A stretch of 64,000 nt of DNA from Thecamonas trahens ATCC 50062 (lineage: Eukaryota > Protista > Apusomonadida), in contig NW_013657660.1 in assembly GCF_000142905.1 (NCBI RefSeq), positions 458,056-522,055 of the forward strand. The letters run 5' to 3'. Of the stretch, positions 21,934-31,900 are shown one piece after another (position 1 is the stretch's first letter; every line of letters starts with the position of its first letter). The position numbers were made by a program, and so were the translations under genes. A model generated the notes under the pieces. It had not been told where the DNA came from. It made no database searches and saw nothing but the letters and a program-made list of their open reading frames with translations.

Positions 21934-23994
21934 ATGTCGCACTCTTCGAGTTCTTCTGGCCCTGGCAAGCTCCGTCGGCTCATCGAGGGCGGAGTCGGAC
22001 CGACATTATCATCATCATCATCATCATTATCATCATTATCATCATCATCATCATTGACTGCTTCTGGAAGATTAGAACGAGGAATGCGAGAATCGGAGAT
22101 GGCAAAGATGGATGACTCGTCAAAGTCTTCTCGTGTTATGGAGAAGCCGGGCTCCCCCTCCATGCGCTCAGAGTCGAGTGCAGGGGCGGGTGCGAGCAAC
22201 GGATCTGATGGCGACGATGATGGCGCTGGCTCGAGCTCGTACAGAGGATCAAGCTCGGGGAATGAGAGTGAGTGGAGGTATTCGCATGAGGCTGGTGACC
22301 GATCATCGGGATCGTCGGGATCGTCGGGATCGTCGGGATCGTGTGCGGCGTCGTCATCGCCGCGAGCGCTGCTGCCGTCGCGATCGCAGCATAATGCTGG
22401 ATCTGGTAGTCCCGAGTCGACGAGCTCAGAGTCGATAGCCGATATGCAGTTGTCACCGCTGAAGACGCCGAGGTCGCGAGAGCCAGCCCGGCGGGGCTCG
22501 CGGTCGTCGAGGAGGGTTCTCACGCTGTCGGACGAGAAGAGAAAGGAGCAAGCAAGAAGGGAGCGTGACGAGGCGTTAGCGCAGATGAGCGAAGAGATGC
22601 GCGAGGTGCTGTTTGGCGACGAGCTTGATGACTACGACGGCTTCTCCATGGCGGACCTCCGCGACGACGACCCGGAGCAGGAGCAACGCCAGGCTGAGCT
22701 CGCAGAGTATGTGGCGGAGCAGACGAGAGCGCTAGATGAGGCCGTAGCGGCTGCCGAGAAGCCCCAGACTGAGGCCACAACGTCGGTCATCGAGAGCAGC
22801 CACATCACCGCTGGTATCATCGACCCACTGATTGGTGTTGACGTCGTGGTGGCACAGCAGCATGTTGTGCCGCTGAACTTTCCGCTCGAGGCCGGGCTTG
22901 CCACCGACGGGCTCGACCAGACCGCGCTCCAGGCGGAGATTGCGGTGCTTGACCGCGACTCGCTGACGGCTTTATTTGGCGAGCCGCTGCCGAGTCCACT
23001 TCTGGCCTGGCTATCTTCGGTGGTGGCGTACGGCTCAGACCGGCACGTCGTGCTTGCGGCGGCTGAGACGCTGTGCGCTGTTGCCGGCCTTGCCGAGCCG
23101 CTGCCGAGCGTCTCAGCCTGGGTTCAGGTCCTGGCCAACTATGGCTGCCCGACAGGCAGCGAAGAGCAGCCCAATGCGATCGCCCACGGGCAGCTGGGAG
23201 TTGTCCGATCTGGACCTCGTCTCACACCGTCGAGTGCCGACAGCGCGGTGGACGATGCGCTCTACGGCAACATCCGCGGTGTGCTGCGGGTGCTGGCGTG
23301 CGGGTTGGCAAGCAGCAGCATTGCAAGCGGCGAGGGCGAGGCCGGTGATGCAGCGTGCGTTGCACTCGGCACCGCGCTCCTTGCGCTTTACACCGACATG
23401 CGGCAGTCGCTCGTGTGGGCCGATGTAAGCTCGGCGTTGGGCGCGCTTCTCGGCATCTGCTGTGGGCGGAGCAGGGCGACGGACGCACTGGTGGCGACAG
23501 CAGGCGAGATGATGAGCGGCGCTTCGGCGATGGCCGACCACGTTGTGCGGCTGTTGCCGGGCGAGACGCGCGCGGCGCGGGCGTTTGTGCAGCGTGTCGC
23601 CGGCGAGCTGGTGGTGCGGCAGCTCGCGCCGATTGCGGCGCTGGGGGAGGGCTCCGGGCGAACAGCGCCGTCGAGCATGTGCGATGACGAGCTGGCGGGC
23701 GAGGTGCAGCGGGCTCTAGATACGCTTGCGCTGGCCTCGGTAGGTGTTCGGAGCCGGGAAGCAGCGCCGCTGTTGAGCCCGCTGTGGGCGGCGGCGCGGG
23801 CGCTGCCGCTGCTGCTAGGAAGCCGCAGTGATGCGCGCGAGAGCAAGTCATTTGTAGCACGCCTCGGCGCGCTGACCACAGCGCTCGACGAGGGGCTCAG
23901 CTGGCTGGCGCGGGCAAACCACTATGTGTCTGTCCCGCAGTTGGCGCTGGGTGACGCACAGATTCTGATGGAAGAGGTTGCCGAAGAGATGTGA
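21934..23994 (+). CDS. Probable SLF2/FAM178-like protein (CANIN domain, Smc5/6-associated Nse6 family)
   Basis: Disordered Ser-rich N-terminus, acidic segment, then a helical domain PLPSPLLAWL...VVLAAAETL...PSVSAWVQVLANYG...NIRGVLRVL...VVRLLP resembling the FAM178 C-terminal domain. Confidence 0.5.
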   Translation: MSHSSSSSGPGKLRRLIEGGVGPTLSSSSSSLSSLSSSSSLTASGRLERGMRESEMAKMDDSSKSSRVMEKPGSPSMRSESSAGAGASNGSDGDDDGAGSSSYRGSSSGNESEWRYSHEAGDRSSGSSGSSGSSGSCAASSSPRALLPSRSQHNAGSGSPESTSSESIADMQLSPLKTPRSREPARRGSRSSRRVLTLSDEKRKEQARRERDEALAQMSEEMREVLFGDELDDYDGFSMADLRDDDPEQEQRQAELAEYVAEQTRALDEAVAAAEKPQTEATTSVIESSHITAGIIDPLIGVDVVVAQQHVVPLNFPLEAGLATDGLDQTALQAEIAVLDRDSLTALFGEPLPSPLLAWLSSVVAYGSDRHVVLAAAETLCAVAGLAEPLPSVSAWVQVLANYGCPTGSEEQPNAIAHGQLGVVRSGPRLTPSSADSAVDDALYGNIRGVLRVLACGLASSSIASGEGEAGDAACVALGTALLALYTDMRQSLVWADVSSALGALLGICCGRSRATDALVATAGEMMSGASAMADHVVRLLPGETRAARAFVQRVAGELVVRQLAPIAALGEGSGRTAPSSMCDDELAGEVQRALDTLALASVGVRSREAAPLLSPLWAAARALPLLLGSRSDARESKSFVARLGALTTALDEGLSWLARANHYVSVPQLALGDAQILMEEVAEEM

Positions 23995-24015
23995 GGCCGA
24001 GCCAGTGGATGGGGT

Positions 24016-25839
24016 TTACTTGCCGCTGCGGGGCGGGTAGCGTGCCGAGATGCCGAGTTCGCGCAGGGCGCGCTCTGCAGCTTTGGCGCCCGCGGCGATC
24101 TTGGACTTGTCGGCATCAAACTGCGACGAGACGTAGGGGCTGCCGGTGGCGGAGACCGGGCGAGCACATTTTGCGGTGGCGATGCTGTTGGCGTACTTGT
24201 TGAGGTAGTAGAGGTTGCGCATGGAGATGGCGCCCTGATTAACACGCGTGGCGAGTGTCATGAGCTCGTCGACCGAGACGTGGAGGTAGATGGAGCAGTA
24301 TGGGCTTGAGGAAAAGTAGAGGACGTAGCGGTAGACGTCGTCGTTGTACTTTTGCCGGGCGGTGATGCCGGAGCAGATGACCCTGCCTGAGTCTGCGCGA
24401 TCGACACGGGCGTCCATGCGGATGGTGGGCCAGTAAAGGATGTCGTGCTCGATGGGTTTGAACATAGGGTCCGCACGACGAGCGGCCGAGCGCCAGATGA
24501 TGTCCTCGGCCGAGTCTGGGAGGGCGTCGCGGTCGTGCCAGGTGATACGGCGGACGATGTAGTTGAGCTCAAAGATGTCGACGGCACCGGTGGAGCAGAG
24601 CGAGATGATGGTGGCGGCCTCTTCGCGGGTGAGCCAGGCGCGGAAGTGGATACCCTGGGAACGAATCCGGACCCGCCAGTGGTACCACTTGGGGTTGTGC
24701 GGGTGGACGCGCGAGATGTACCGGATGTCGCCGCGGATGAGGTAGCCTGTGGGGATGCGGAGGCCGGCGATGACATTATCGTCCGACTCGGGCACTTCGT
24801 CGCGATCGTCACGGCCGACCGAGAGGCCGAGGGTGCGACGGGCGGCAAACTTGTTGGCCATGTCCTCGTAAAAATCATCCTCGCGGCCGTCGTACTCTTC
24901 CAGCCGCGGCAGGTCCGAGTACGACGGAAAGTTGAGGGAGAGCTTCTCAACCTGGCCGCCGTAGCTGGCCGGCCGCTTGCGTGGGCGTTCCAGCGAGCGA
25001 CGGTCGATAACCTGTGGCTTTGGCTCGAGCTCGGGCGTCATGTCGACAACACCGGCCGATGGGCCGCGGTTGGACATTACAGCTGCCATGGCCATAGCCA
25101 TCGTGTCACCAGCATCCGAGTCAGAGTCTGAATTGGTGTCCGAGGCCGACGCCGAGCCAGATGCCGAGCTAGAGCCTGTGCCGAAGAGCGAGTTGGACGA
25201 GGCAGATCCCGAGAGATTGTCTGGGATGACAAAGACCGGGCGGGCCGCAGCGAGCGGCTTCTGCTTCTTGGTCGCCGATGACGACAGCGAACTCGTGCTC
25301 CGCTTCCGCTTGGTCGATGTCGCGGACTTGACCGATTTGGCGGATGATGCAAGGATGCTGTCAATCTCCTTGGTCTTGTCCTTGGTTTTGGCCTTGGTCT
25401 CGGGCATGGCCTTGGGCCGAGGCTTCATGTCGCTTTGCGCCGATGCGGCCCTGTCCGAGGCTGATGTCTTGATCACGGGCAACTCGTGCTTGGCCTTGTT
25501 CTTGGCCTTGGCCTTGGACTTGTCCTTGGCCTTGGTCGTAGACAGTCCATCGATCTGCGCCGATGTGGCCATGTCCGAGCTCGACGCCTTGATCGCAGGC
25601 ACCTTGCCCTTGCTCTTGCTCTTGCTCTTGTCCTTGGATTTAGCCTTGTCCTTCCCCTTCCCCTTGCCCTTGCCCTTCCCCTTGCCCTTCTCCATCTGGT
25701 CACTCTGCTCCGACGTCACCACCACCTCCTTGTCCTTGCTCTTGCTCTTGCTCTTCGCCTTGTCCTTCCCCTTCCCCTTCCCCTTCCCCTTCCCCTTGTC
25801 CTTCCCTTTGTCCTTGCTCTTGCTCTTTCCCTTCCCCAT
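24016..25839 (-). CDS. Hypothetical protein with Lys-rich (KG/KS/KD) N-terminal repeats and a possibly duplicated C-terminal domain
   Basis: 607-aa ORF with host-like codon usage; highly basic low-complexity N-terminus, globular-looking C-terminal ~250 aa. Confidence 0.75.
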   Translation of the reverse strand: MGKGKSKSKDKGKDKGKGKGKGKGKDKAKSKSKSKDKEVVVTSEQSDQMEKGKGKGKGKGKGKDKAKSKDKSKSKSKGKVPAIKASSSDMATSAQIDGLSTTKAKDKSKAKAKNKAKHELPVIKTSASDRAASAQSDMKPRPKAMPETKAKTKDKTKEIDSILASSAKSVKSATSTKRKRSTSSLSSSATKKQKPLAAARPVFVIPDNLSGSASSNSLFGTGSSSASGSASASDTNSDSDSDAGDTMAMAMAAVMSNRGPSAGVVDMTPELEPKPQVIDRRSLERPRKRPASYGGQVEKLSLNFPSYSDLPRLEEYDGREDDFYEDMANKFAARRTLGLSVGRDDRDEVPESDDNVIAGLRIPTGYLIRGDIRYISRVHPHNPKWYHWRVRIRSQGIHFRAWLTREEAATIISLCSTGAVDIFELNYIVRRITWHDRDALPDSAEDIIWRSAARRADPMFKPIEHDILYWPTIRMDARVDRADSGRVICSGITARQKYNDDVYRYVLYFSSSPYCSIYLHVSVDELMTLATRVNQGAISMRNLYYLNKYANSIATAKCARPVSATGSPYVSSQFDADKSKIAAGAKAAERALRELGISARYPPRSGK

Positions 25840-26378
25840 ACTCTCTACTTGACCACCAATCTGTATCAGTCACAGTCAAGTGCTCGACCTTCCCTGTGCC
25901 CCCGCTCCATCACTGACTCAACTCCTGTCAGATGGATGGATCCTCTGGGGACGGCCAGAAGCGGCCCTACCGTCACAGTGTCACATCGCCACATCGCCGC
26001 TATCTTACTCACAGCTGGCGATTATAGATGGTCGCACGTGTTGATCGCGTGTATTTTACAACGTTTGTCCGCAGCAAACCTGGAATCGTGAGGAGAGGCA
26101 CTGGCGGCAGAGCGCGGGTGTAGAGCGACGGTACGGAGAGATCGCGTGTGTTCCATGTGGGTTAGCAGGAACGTCAGAACAATTGAGGCTGCGAGTTCAG
26201 TGCACGGGTCATGCATGCCTTGGTCGTGCCCGGCCGATTGCGGCCGCACTCGAGGTGGCGTTCGATGGGGCGATGGCTGTGTCCTGATCTCTGCAGGACA
26301 CGCCACGTGCAACATTGCACGCGACGAGGAATCCAGCTCTGCGTACGCTATACGTTCAGAGACGGGGATGCGTGCATG

Positions 26379-26972
26379 TCAAGACGCCACATCGCCCGAG
26401 AACTCTGACGAGTCCGAGTCCGAGTCCGAGGCCGAATCAACGTGCGGGCTTGGGGACGGCCGCGCGGCCTGGGAAGCACCAGAGCAGGCTGGTGAATCAA
26501 GCGAAAGAGATGATGGAGGAGAGACGACTGCGCCGTAGACCATCAGCGAGTAGAGGGTGATGCGGCCGTAAAAGTCTGACGATCCGGCAAAGACGATGCG
26601 GAGCGAGTGAGCGGCGATGGGCAGCGGTGACGGGAGCGAGATGATCTGCGAGTCGTTTGAGTCTGATAGAACGATTTGAGCATTTTCCACAGCATGGCCA
26701 TCAACAACAACAGTAACGTCACGACCAACGAAACCGCCTTGAAAAACAAGCTCGATGCGCGAGAGAGCGAGCTTCCCGCCGTCGCCCATCAGACTCGCCT
26801 CGATCCATTGCGGCGAACCTGGGCCCGAGTTCCAGCACGAGTCTGGAGCACCGTCTACGGCCTTTTCTACACCATATGCCACCACGTTCCGCTCCAATGT
26901 CGACGACGCTCGGAGCGAGACCCATGTCGAAGCTGCGGCCTCGTTCTCGCCCAGCAGGAGAGAATCGTCCAT
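26379..26972 (-). CDS. NR2C2AP: Nuclear receptor 2C2-associated protein homolog (discoidin/F5-8-like fold)
   Basis: RASSTLERN, CWNSGPGSPQWI, FQGGFVG, DSNDSQ and SSDFYGRITLYSL match NR2C2AP/TRA16 motifs. Confidence 0.85.
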   Translation of the reverse strand: MDDSLLLGENEAAASTWVSLRASSTLERNVVAYGVEKAVDGAPDSCWNSGPGSPQWIEASLMGDGGKLALSRIELVFQGGFVGRDVTVVVDGHAVENAQIVLSDSNDSQIISLPSPLPIAAHSLRIVFAGSSDFYGRITLYSLMVYGAVVSPPSSLSLDSPACSGASQAARPSPSPHVDSASDSDSDSSEFSGDVAS

Positions 26973-27135
26973 TTGAGTATCGCGAGCGGTGTTGGCCGTC
27001 TCGCCGCCGTCCGGCCGCCGTCGTTGAGAGGCAGACAGCGGGCGATTTGGCATTGGCTGTGCACCTCCCTCTTCCTCGCTCAGCCCTCTCTCTCTCTCTC
27101 TCCCTCCTCCTTCCTCCCGGGTGTCGAAAAAAAAC

Positions 27136-27294
27136 NNNNNNNNNNNNNNNNNNNNNNNNNNNNNNNNNNNNNNNNNNNNNNNNNNNNNNNNNNNNNNNNN
27201 NNNNNNNNNNNNNNNNNNNNNNNNNNNNNNNNNNNNNNNNNNNNNNNNNNNNNNNNNNNNNNNNNNNNNNNNNNNNNNNNNNNNNNNNNNNNNN
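27136..27294. other. Assembly gap
   Basis: Run of N. Confidence 1.
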
Positions 27295-27299
27295 ATGTC

Positions 27300-27445
27300 A
27301 TCCCATCTACGATCCTGTCTACGATCCTGTCTACGATCCCATCTACGATCCTGTCTACGATCCCATCTACGATCCTGTCTACGATCCTGTCTACGATCCC
27401 ATCTACGATCCTGTCTACGATCCTGTCTAGACCCCATCTACGATC
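27300..27445. repeat. 12-bp minisatellite ATCC(CA/TG)TCTACG, about 12 copies
   Basis: Two unit variants in the order A B B A B A B B A B B' A'; begins right after a gap. Confidence 0.92.
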
Positions 27446-27683
27446 CGATCCCGTCTGCGATCCCTAACCCCATCTTCCTTCTACATCCCCATCATATCCC
27501 TATCTCCCTTCTCCATCCCCTCTACCATCCCTATCCCCATGCCCTTTACAATCCGCATTCCCTTCTCCGCCCTCCCCTCTCCCCTCTCCCCCTCCCCCAG
27601 GCCTCTTCCCCGGCCCAGCCACCACCTCACCCCCTCCCCCCTCCCCCCCTCCCTCCCCCCCCCCCCCCCTTCTCTGCTTGACC

Positions 27684-28892
27684 ATGGCTGTTCCCTTCTC
27701 GGCAGCCGACCTCACCTCGGCTGCCTCTGCTCTCAATGCGGTGACGGCGAGAACGATGAGTACAAGTAGTGGCGGTGATGCGAGCGCAGGGGAGTCGGGC
27801 AATGCGGCAAAGTTGGAAAAAGTATGGGAAAAGGTCCGAGAGGTCGATGCTGAGGCTTGGCTGGCTACTTTTGATGGACATACACCAAGATCGATCACTG
27901 TTCCGCTCTCAAGAGAGGCTGCTCTCGCTCTGCGAGATGCTCGGAATGCGAGTGAGGACGAGCTGGTCGGCCAAGAGGTTCTCGCAGAGCTCGCCGCCGA
28001 GATCGATGCTGCTTGCGAAGCGCTGGGCACCCGCGAGGTCTTTGTCAAGGCCTCGTCGCGCTCGCCAAAGGATGCTACTCTGGCCACCGAGCAGCTGCTT
28101 GCCGATGCCTGGCAGCTGCTCGGCTCCAGAGACTATGCCGAGAGCACGGGCGTGTTGCTGGTGGGCACGCCCGGCAGCGGCGGTGCGGATGATCTCGAGC
28201 TGCGCAACGAGGTGGACAACGCCATTGTCGCGGCATTGCTCCAGGGTGCGGTGACGTCGATGAAGGTGACGAGTGGCGCTGCGGCGCTGGCGCTCCTTGC
28301 GGCTTCAGAGCGCATCGCCGAGGACATCCAGCTCGAGCTCGACGTGGCCAGTGCCCGGACCGGCGACTTTTCCATGGGCGTCATTGTCCGTGAATTTGTG
28401 CCGATGCAGGCCCACCTCGAGTTCCGCGGCTTTGTGGTCGACGGCCATCTCACCGCGCTCTCGCAGTACAACCATGTGGTGTGCTACCCGGCTGTTGTGG
28501 CCGACGCTGACATGTACCGCGACGTCATCGTCGACTTTTACAACGACGTCATCCGCGACAAGCTCGTTGCTGCTGGCTTTACCTCTGTCGTCATCGACTT
28601 TGCCCTCGTCCCCAACCCCAACATTGCCGATTTTGGCGCAGAGCCGTTTGACGTCCTCGTTATCGAGCTCAACCCGTACCGCAGCTACGAGGGCAATGGG
28701 ACCGATGCCTGCCTCTTTGACTGGTCCGCTGATCGCGGCGTTCTTGAGCCGGACGCACCTCCTGCTGGGCCTGACGACGTCGCCTTTCGCGTCCGGTCGG
28801 CCGCTCTTCCCAATGTCGCTGCCACCCTCAATGTCTCGGCGAGCGAGCTCGTCGCCGCCATCCGCAACCAGCTCCTCTCCTGCCCGCGCTGA
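27684..28892 (+). CDS. Cdc123/D123-like ATP-grasp protein (R2K clade)
   Basis: VFVKASSRSPKDA, IVREFV, EFRGFV, TALSQY, VVIDF, VIELNPY, ACLFDW. Confidence 0.82.
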   Translation: MAVPFSAADLTSAASALNAVTARTMSTSSGGDASAGESGNAAKLEKVWEKVREVDAEAWLATFDGHTPRSITVPLSREAALALRDARNASEDELVGQEVLAELAAEIDAACEALGTREVFVKASSRSPKDATLATEQLLADAWQLLGSRDYAESTGVLLVGTPGSGGADDLELRNEVDNAIVAALLQGAVTSMKVTSGAAALALLAASERIAEDIQLELDVASARTGDFSMGVIVREFVPMQAHLEFRGFVVDGHLTALSQYNHVVCYPAVVADADMYRDVIVDFYNDVIRDKLVAAGFTSVVIDFALVPNPNIADFGAEPFDVLVIELNPYRSYEGNGTDACLFDWSADRGVLEPDAPPAGPDDVAFRVRSAALPNVAATLNVSASELVAAIRNQLLSCPR

Positions 28893-28936
28893 CGCGTTGG
28901 AGCAAGTAAACATCTCTGCAACACCGGCGGGCGCAC

Positions 28937-31900
28937 TCACGACGAGGAGGGCGGCGGCGAGGAAAGAGCTTCGGCGGCGGCGGCGATGCTCAAGCCACCT
29001 TCGCTCGCCGATGGCTTGGCCGCAGCACGGCGATGTGAGCGAATGACGAGCTGGAAGGCCTGAATCCACTCGTACATCTCGACGCCATTCGACGCGTACA
29101 GGCGGATCAGCACGTCTGGCGTCTGGATCGAGAACCCGTGCGACGGCTTGGAGCCGGGCTCGTGGCCGATGAGGTGCAGGATGTGTGCGCAGCGCACCGT
29201 GTGCTTGGCCTTGGTCGCGCTCTCCTTCTTTCGGACCACAAACGAGTGAGGGGTGAGGACGCAGTATCGCACCACCACCGACGACGACGAGCCGGCCGTC
29301 GCCGAGTTGATCAGCAGCGGCGCGCCTGTGGCAAACTTGAGCTGGCCCTCCAGCACCACCAGCTCGGTGGAGGTTACATCGAGCCCATCGGCTGCTCCAG
29401 ACTCAGCCAGCAGCGAGTCGTCCTGCAGGCCGGACGAAAATGAGATAAGACGCGACCGCGAGTTGGAGCCGACACCACCCGACGATATGAGCGAGTTGAG
29501 CATGGTCACCCACGACTTGACCGTCGCGGCCTGGTCGTCGCCGTCGCCTGCAGGGTAAAAGTAGTACGTCCGCGTGATGGTCTCGAGCACAATGCACGTC
29601 TCGCCACGCCGCGCCTCGTCCGACGTTCCCACCGCGCGCATGGCCGAGACAAAAATGGAGCCCTTGGGATCCTTGCCCTTCTTTGTGGCGTACGTCAGCG
29701 CCCGCGAGGTGAGCACAAACCAGCGCTTCTTCCAGCTCTTCCGCCCACCGCGTCCGCCGCCTTGCTTGACCATGAATCCAAAGAGCATTGTTCGCTCTGC
29801 GGCCACAACGTCCCATTCACGGACCATGCCAAACTTGGACCCGCGCTTGGCCGCCACGCTTGCTCGCTTCGACGCAATCGCGGCCTCGGTCACCGCCCGT
29901 CCCGGTCGGACCTTGATCACAGGCAGCGACTCTGGTTGCGGCTTGGACTCAAACGACGAAGCCGTCTGCTCGCCGGTGCCTGACGCCAAACCCTCCCGGG
30001 ACCGAGCGCCAGCCCCATGGTCCGACTCCGACCTGGCTTCAACTGCGCGTCCAAAGTCGCGAGACGGTGCCACAGAAGCGGTCGTCGAAGCGCGCATTCG
30101 CGCAAGCAGAGATCCACCCGGCACGTGCTGGTGTGCGTTGGTCTCACCGAGCTGCACCGACGTTTGCGACGACGGGCGCGGCGGCAACTCTCGCTTCTCG
30201 CGCCCGCTTCTCTTGCGGACAGGCACGGCCGGTTTGGCGGGTTGTGTCAGATGCGGCTGTTGCGGCTGCGGCAGCGGTGGCGGCGGTGGCGGCGAGCATG
30301 CCACGCCGGGCTCTAGTGACGATTGCATGTCGGGCATCGGCGGTGGCAGCGGCATGTCCACCATCTCGGGCTCGGACTGGGGCTGAGGCGCTGTCTCCAC
30401 ACCCAGTGCATTCGACTCGGGCGAGGTCAGGGACAACGACTCGTCCGCAATCGCCACGCCCAGCGGCGAGCTCGGCGATCCGCTCATGACCGCTTGCCAG
30501 AGCGGCGAGTCCTCGGTCCCGTCCGGCGACATGATGAACGAGGCGAGGGCGTCAACGTCGACGTCGACACCGCTAGCCGAGCCCGACTGTGTGCCCACAT
30601 TGGGCGCCGAAACAGGGAGCGAGGCATACTCGTCGAGGCCGAGGTCGGCGTCGATCTGGTCCAGCTCGGCCTGGACCTCGGGGCTTGCCAGCATACTCAT
30701 TGAGACCGACGACGCCATCGAGTCGGCTGACGGCGACTGCGGTTCAAGAAGGGCGGCCAGCTCGGCATCACCGAGCGCCTCCATCTCGTCGGGTGGCAAC
30801 GGTGGCGTTGGCAGCAGCGTCGCACTCACTGCCGCCGCGCCGGCCGCACCTGCGGCGGCGCTCGCAGCTGTCACTGCGGCCGGCGAGTACGCATCCAGGT
30901 CAGGTGGCGGTGGCGAGCTTGGCTCCAGCTTGGACTCATGCTCGGGGCTCGGCTCAGGCTCGGCGCCGCATGTATCGTCCGCCACGAGCAGCTCACTGGC
31001 GGACACACCCAGCAGATCTGCCGCCAGGTCGATGGCCTCGGCCACGTTGTCCGATAGCCGGCTCGCCAGTGGTGTTGTTGGCAGCAGTGCAGCCTCACGG
31101 CCAAGCAGCTCGTGGCCGAGTCGCCAGGCCTCAGTAATCTCGTCGCTGCGAAAGTCTGTCATACGGACCTGCGCTCCACGCGCAGCCTCGCATTCGAGTG
31201 CTTCTTCCACGACTTGCGTCGCGGGCAGGCTCGCAGTGTTGCGGACGACCCCGGTCTCGGTCTCGGCCACAGTCTTGGCCTCGGTCCCGGCCTCAGTCTC
31301 GGTCTCGGCCTCAGTCTCGGTCTCAGCCGCAGTCTCAGTCTCATACTTGGTCACATTCTCGGCCTGGATCTCGGTCTCGATCTCAGCCTCAGTCTCGGCC
31401 TCAGCCTCAGCCCCGGCCTCGGCCCCGGCCTCGGCCCCGGCCTCGGTCGACTCGGTCACAGGAGCCATGTTGCCGGCGGCTGGATGCTGCGCAATCGCCA
31501 GGTCGAGATTGTCGAGAGCAACCGAGTTCCGAGGCGCCACCTCGCGGAGCGCCAGGACTACATCGTCGTCGGACGAGATGGTCATAAGGGCCGCAGAGCC
31601 TGCAAAGTGGTCGACGTCGCCCGCCTGCGGCTCGACGCTAGTGGCGTCCGAGTCAGCAGAGCCTGCCGAGGCGACGTCCTCGGTGACAGGGGACGAGCCT
31701 CCAAAAGCGGTGTCGCGCCGCTCAAAGGCAAAGGTGGAGAACCGCTTCTGATTGCGGATGAGGTCGGCGACCCGGTGCGTGGCTTCCGACTTGGCAGCGA
31801 CCGGCGGCGGCGATTTCATGTCAGGCATGTCGGTCACGAGCTCTGCAGAGGCCGGAACCGGGGTAGCGGTTTCGGCGACGTGGGCGGACCAGGCGGGCGA

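Noticed and set aside
27300-27445. Repeat array as CRISPR or as the RQDRRWD/YDPV repeat ORFs
   Set aside because: Contiguous 12-bp units with no unique spacers and no cas genes; the ORFs arise only from the repeat and the adjacent N gap
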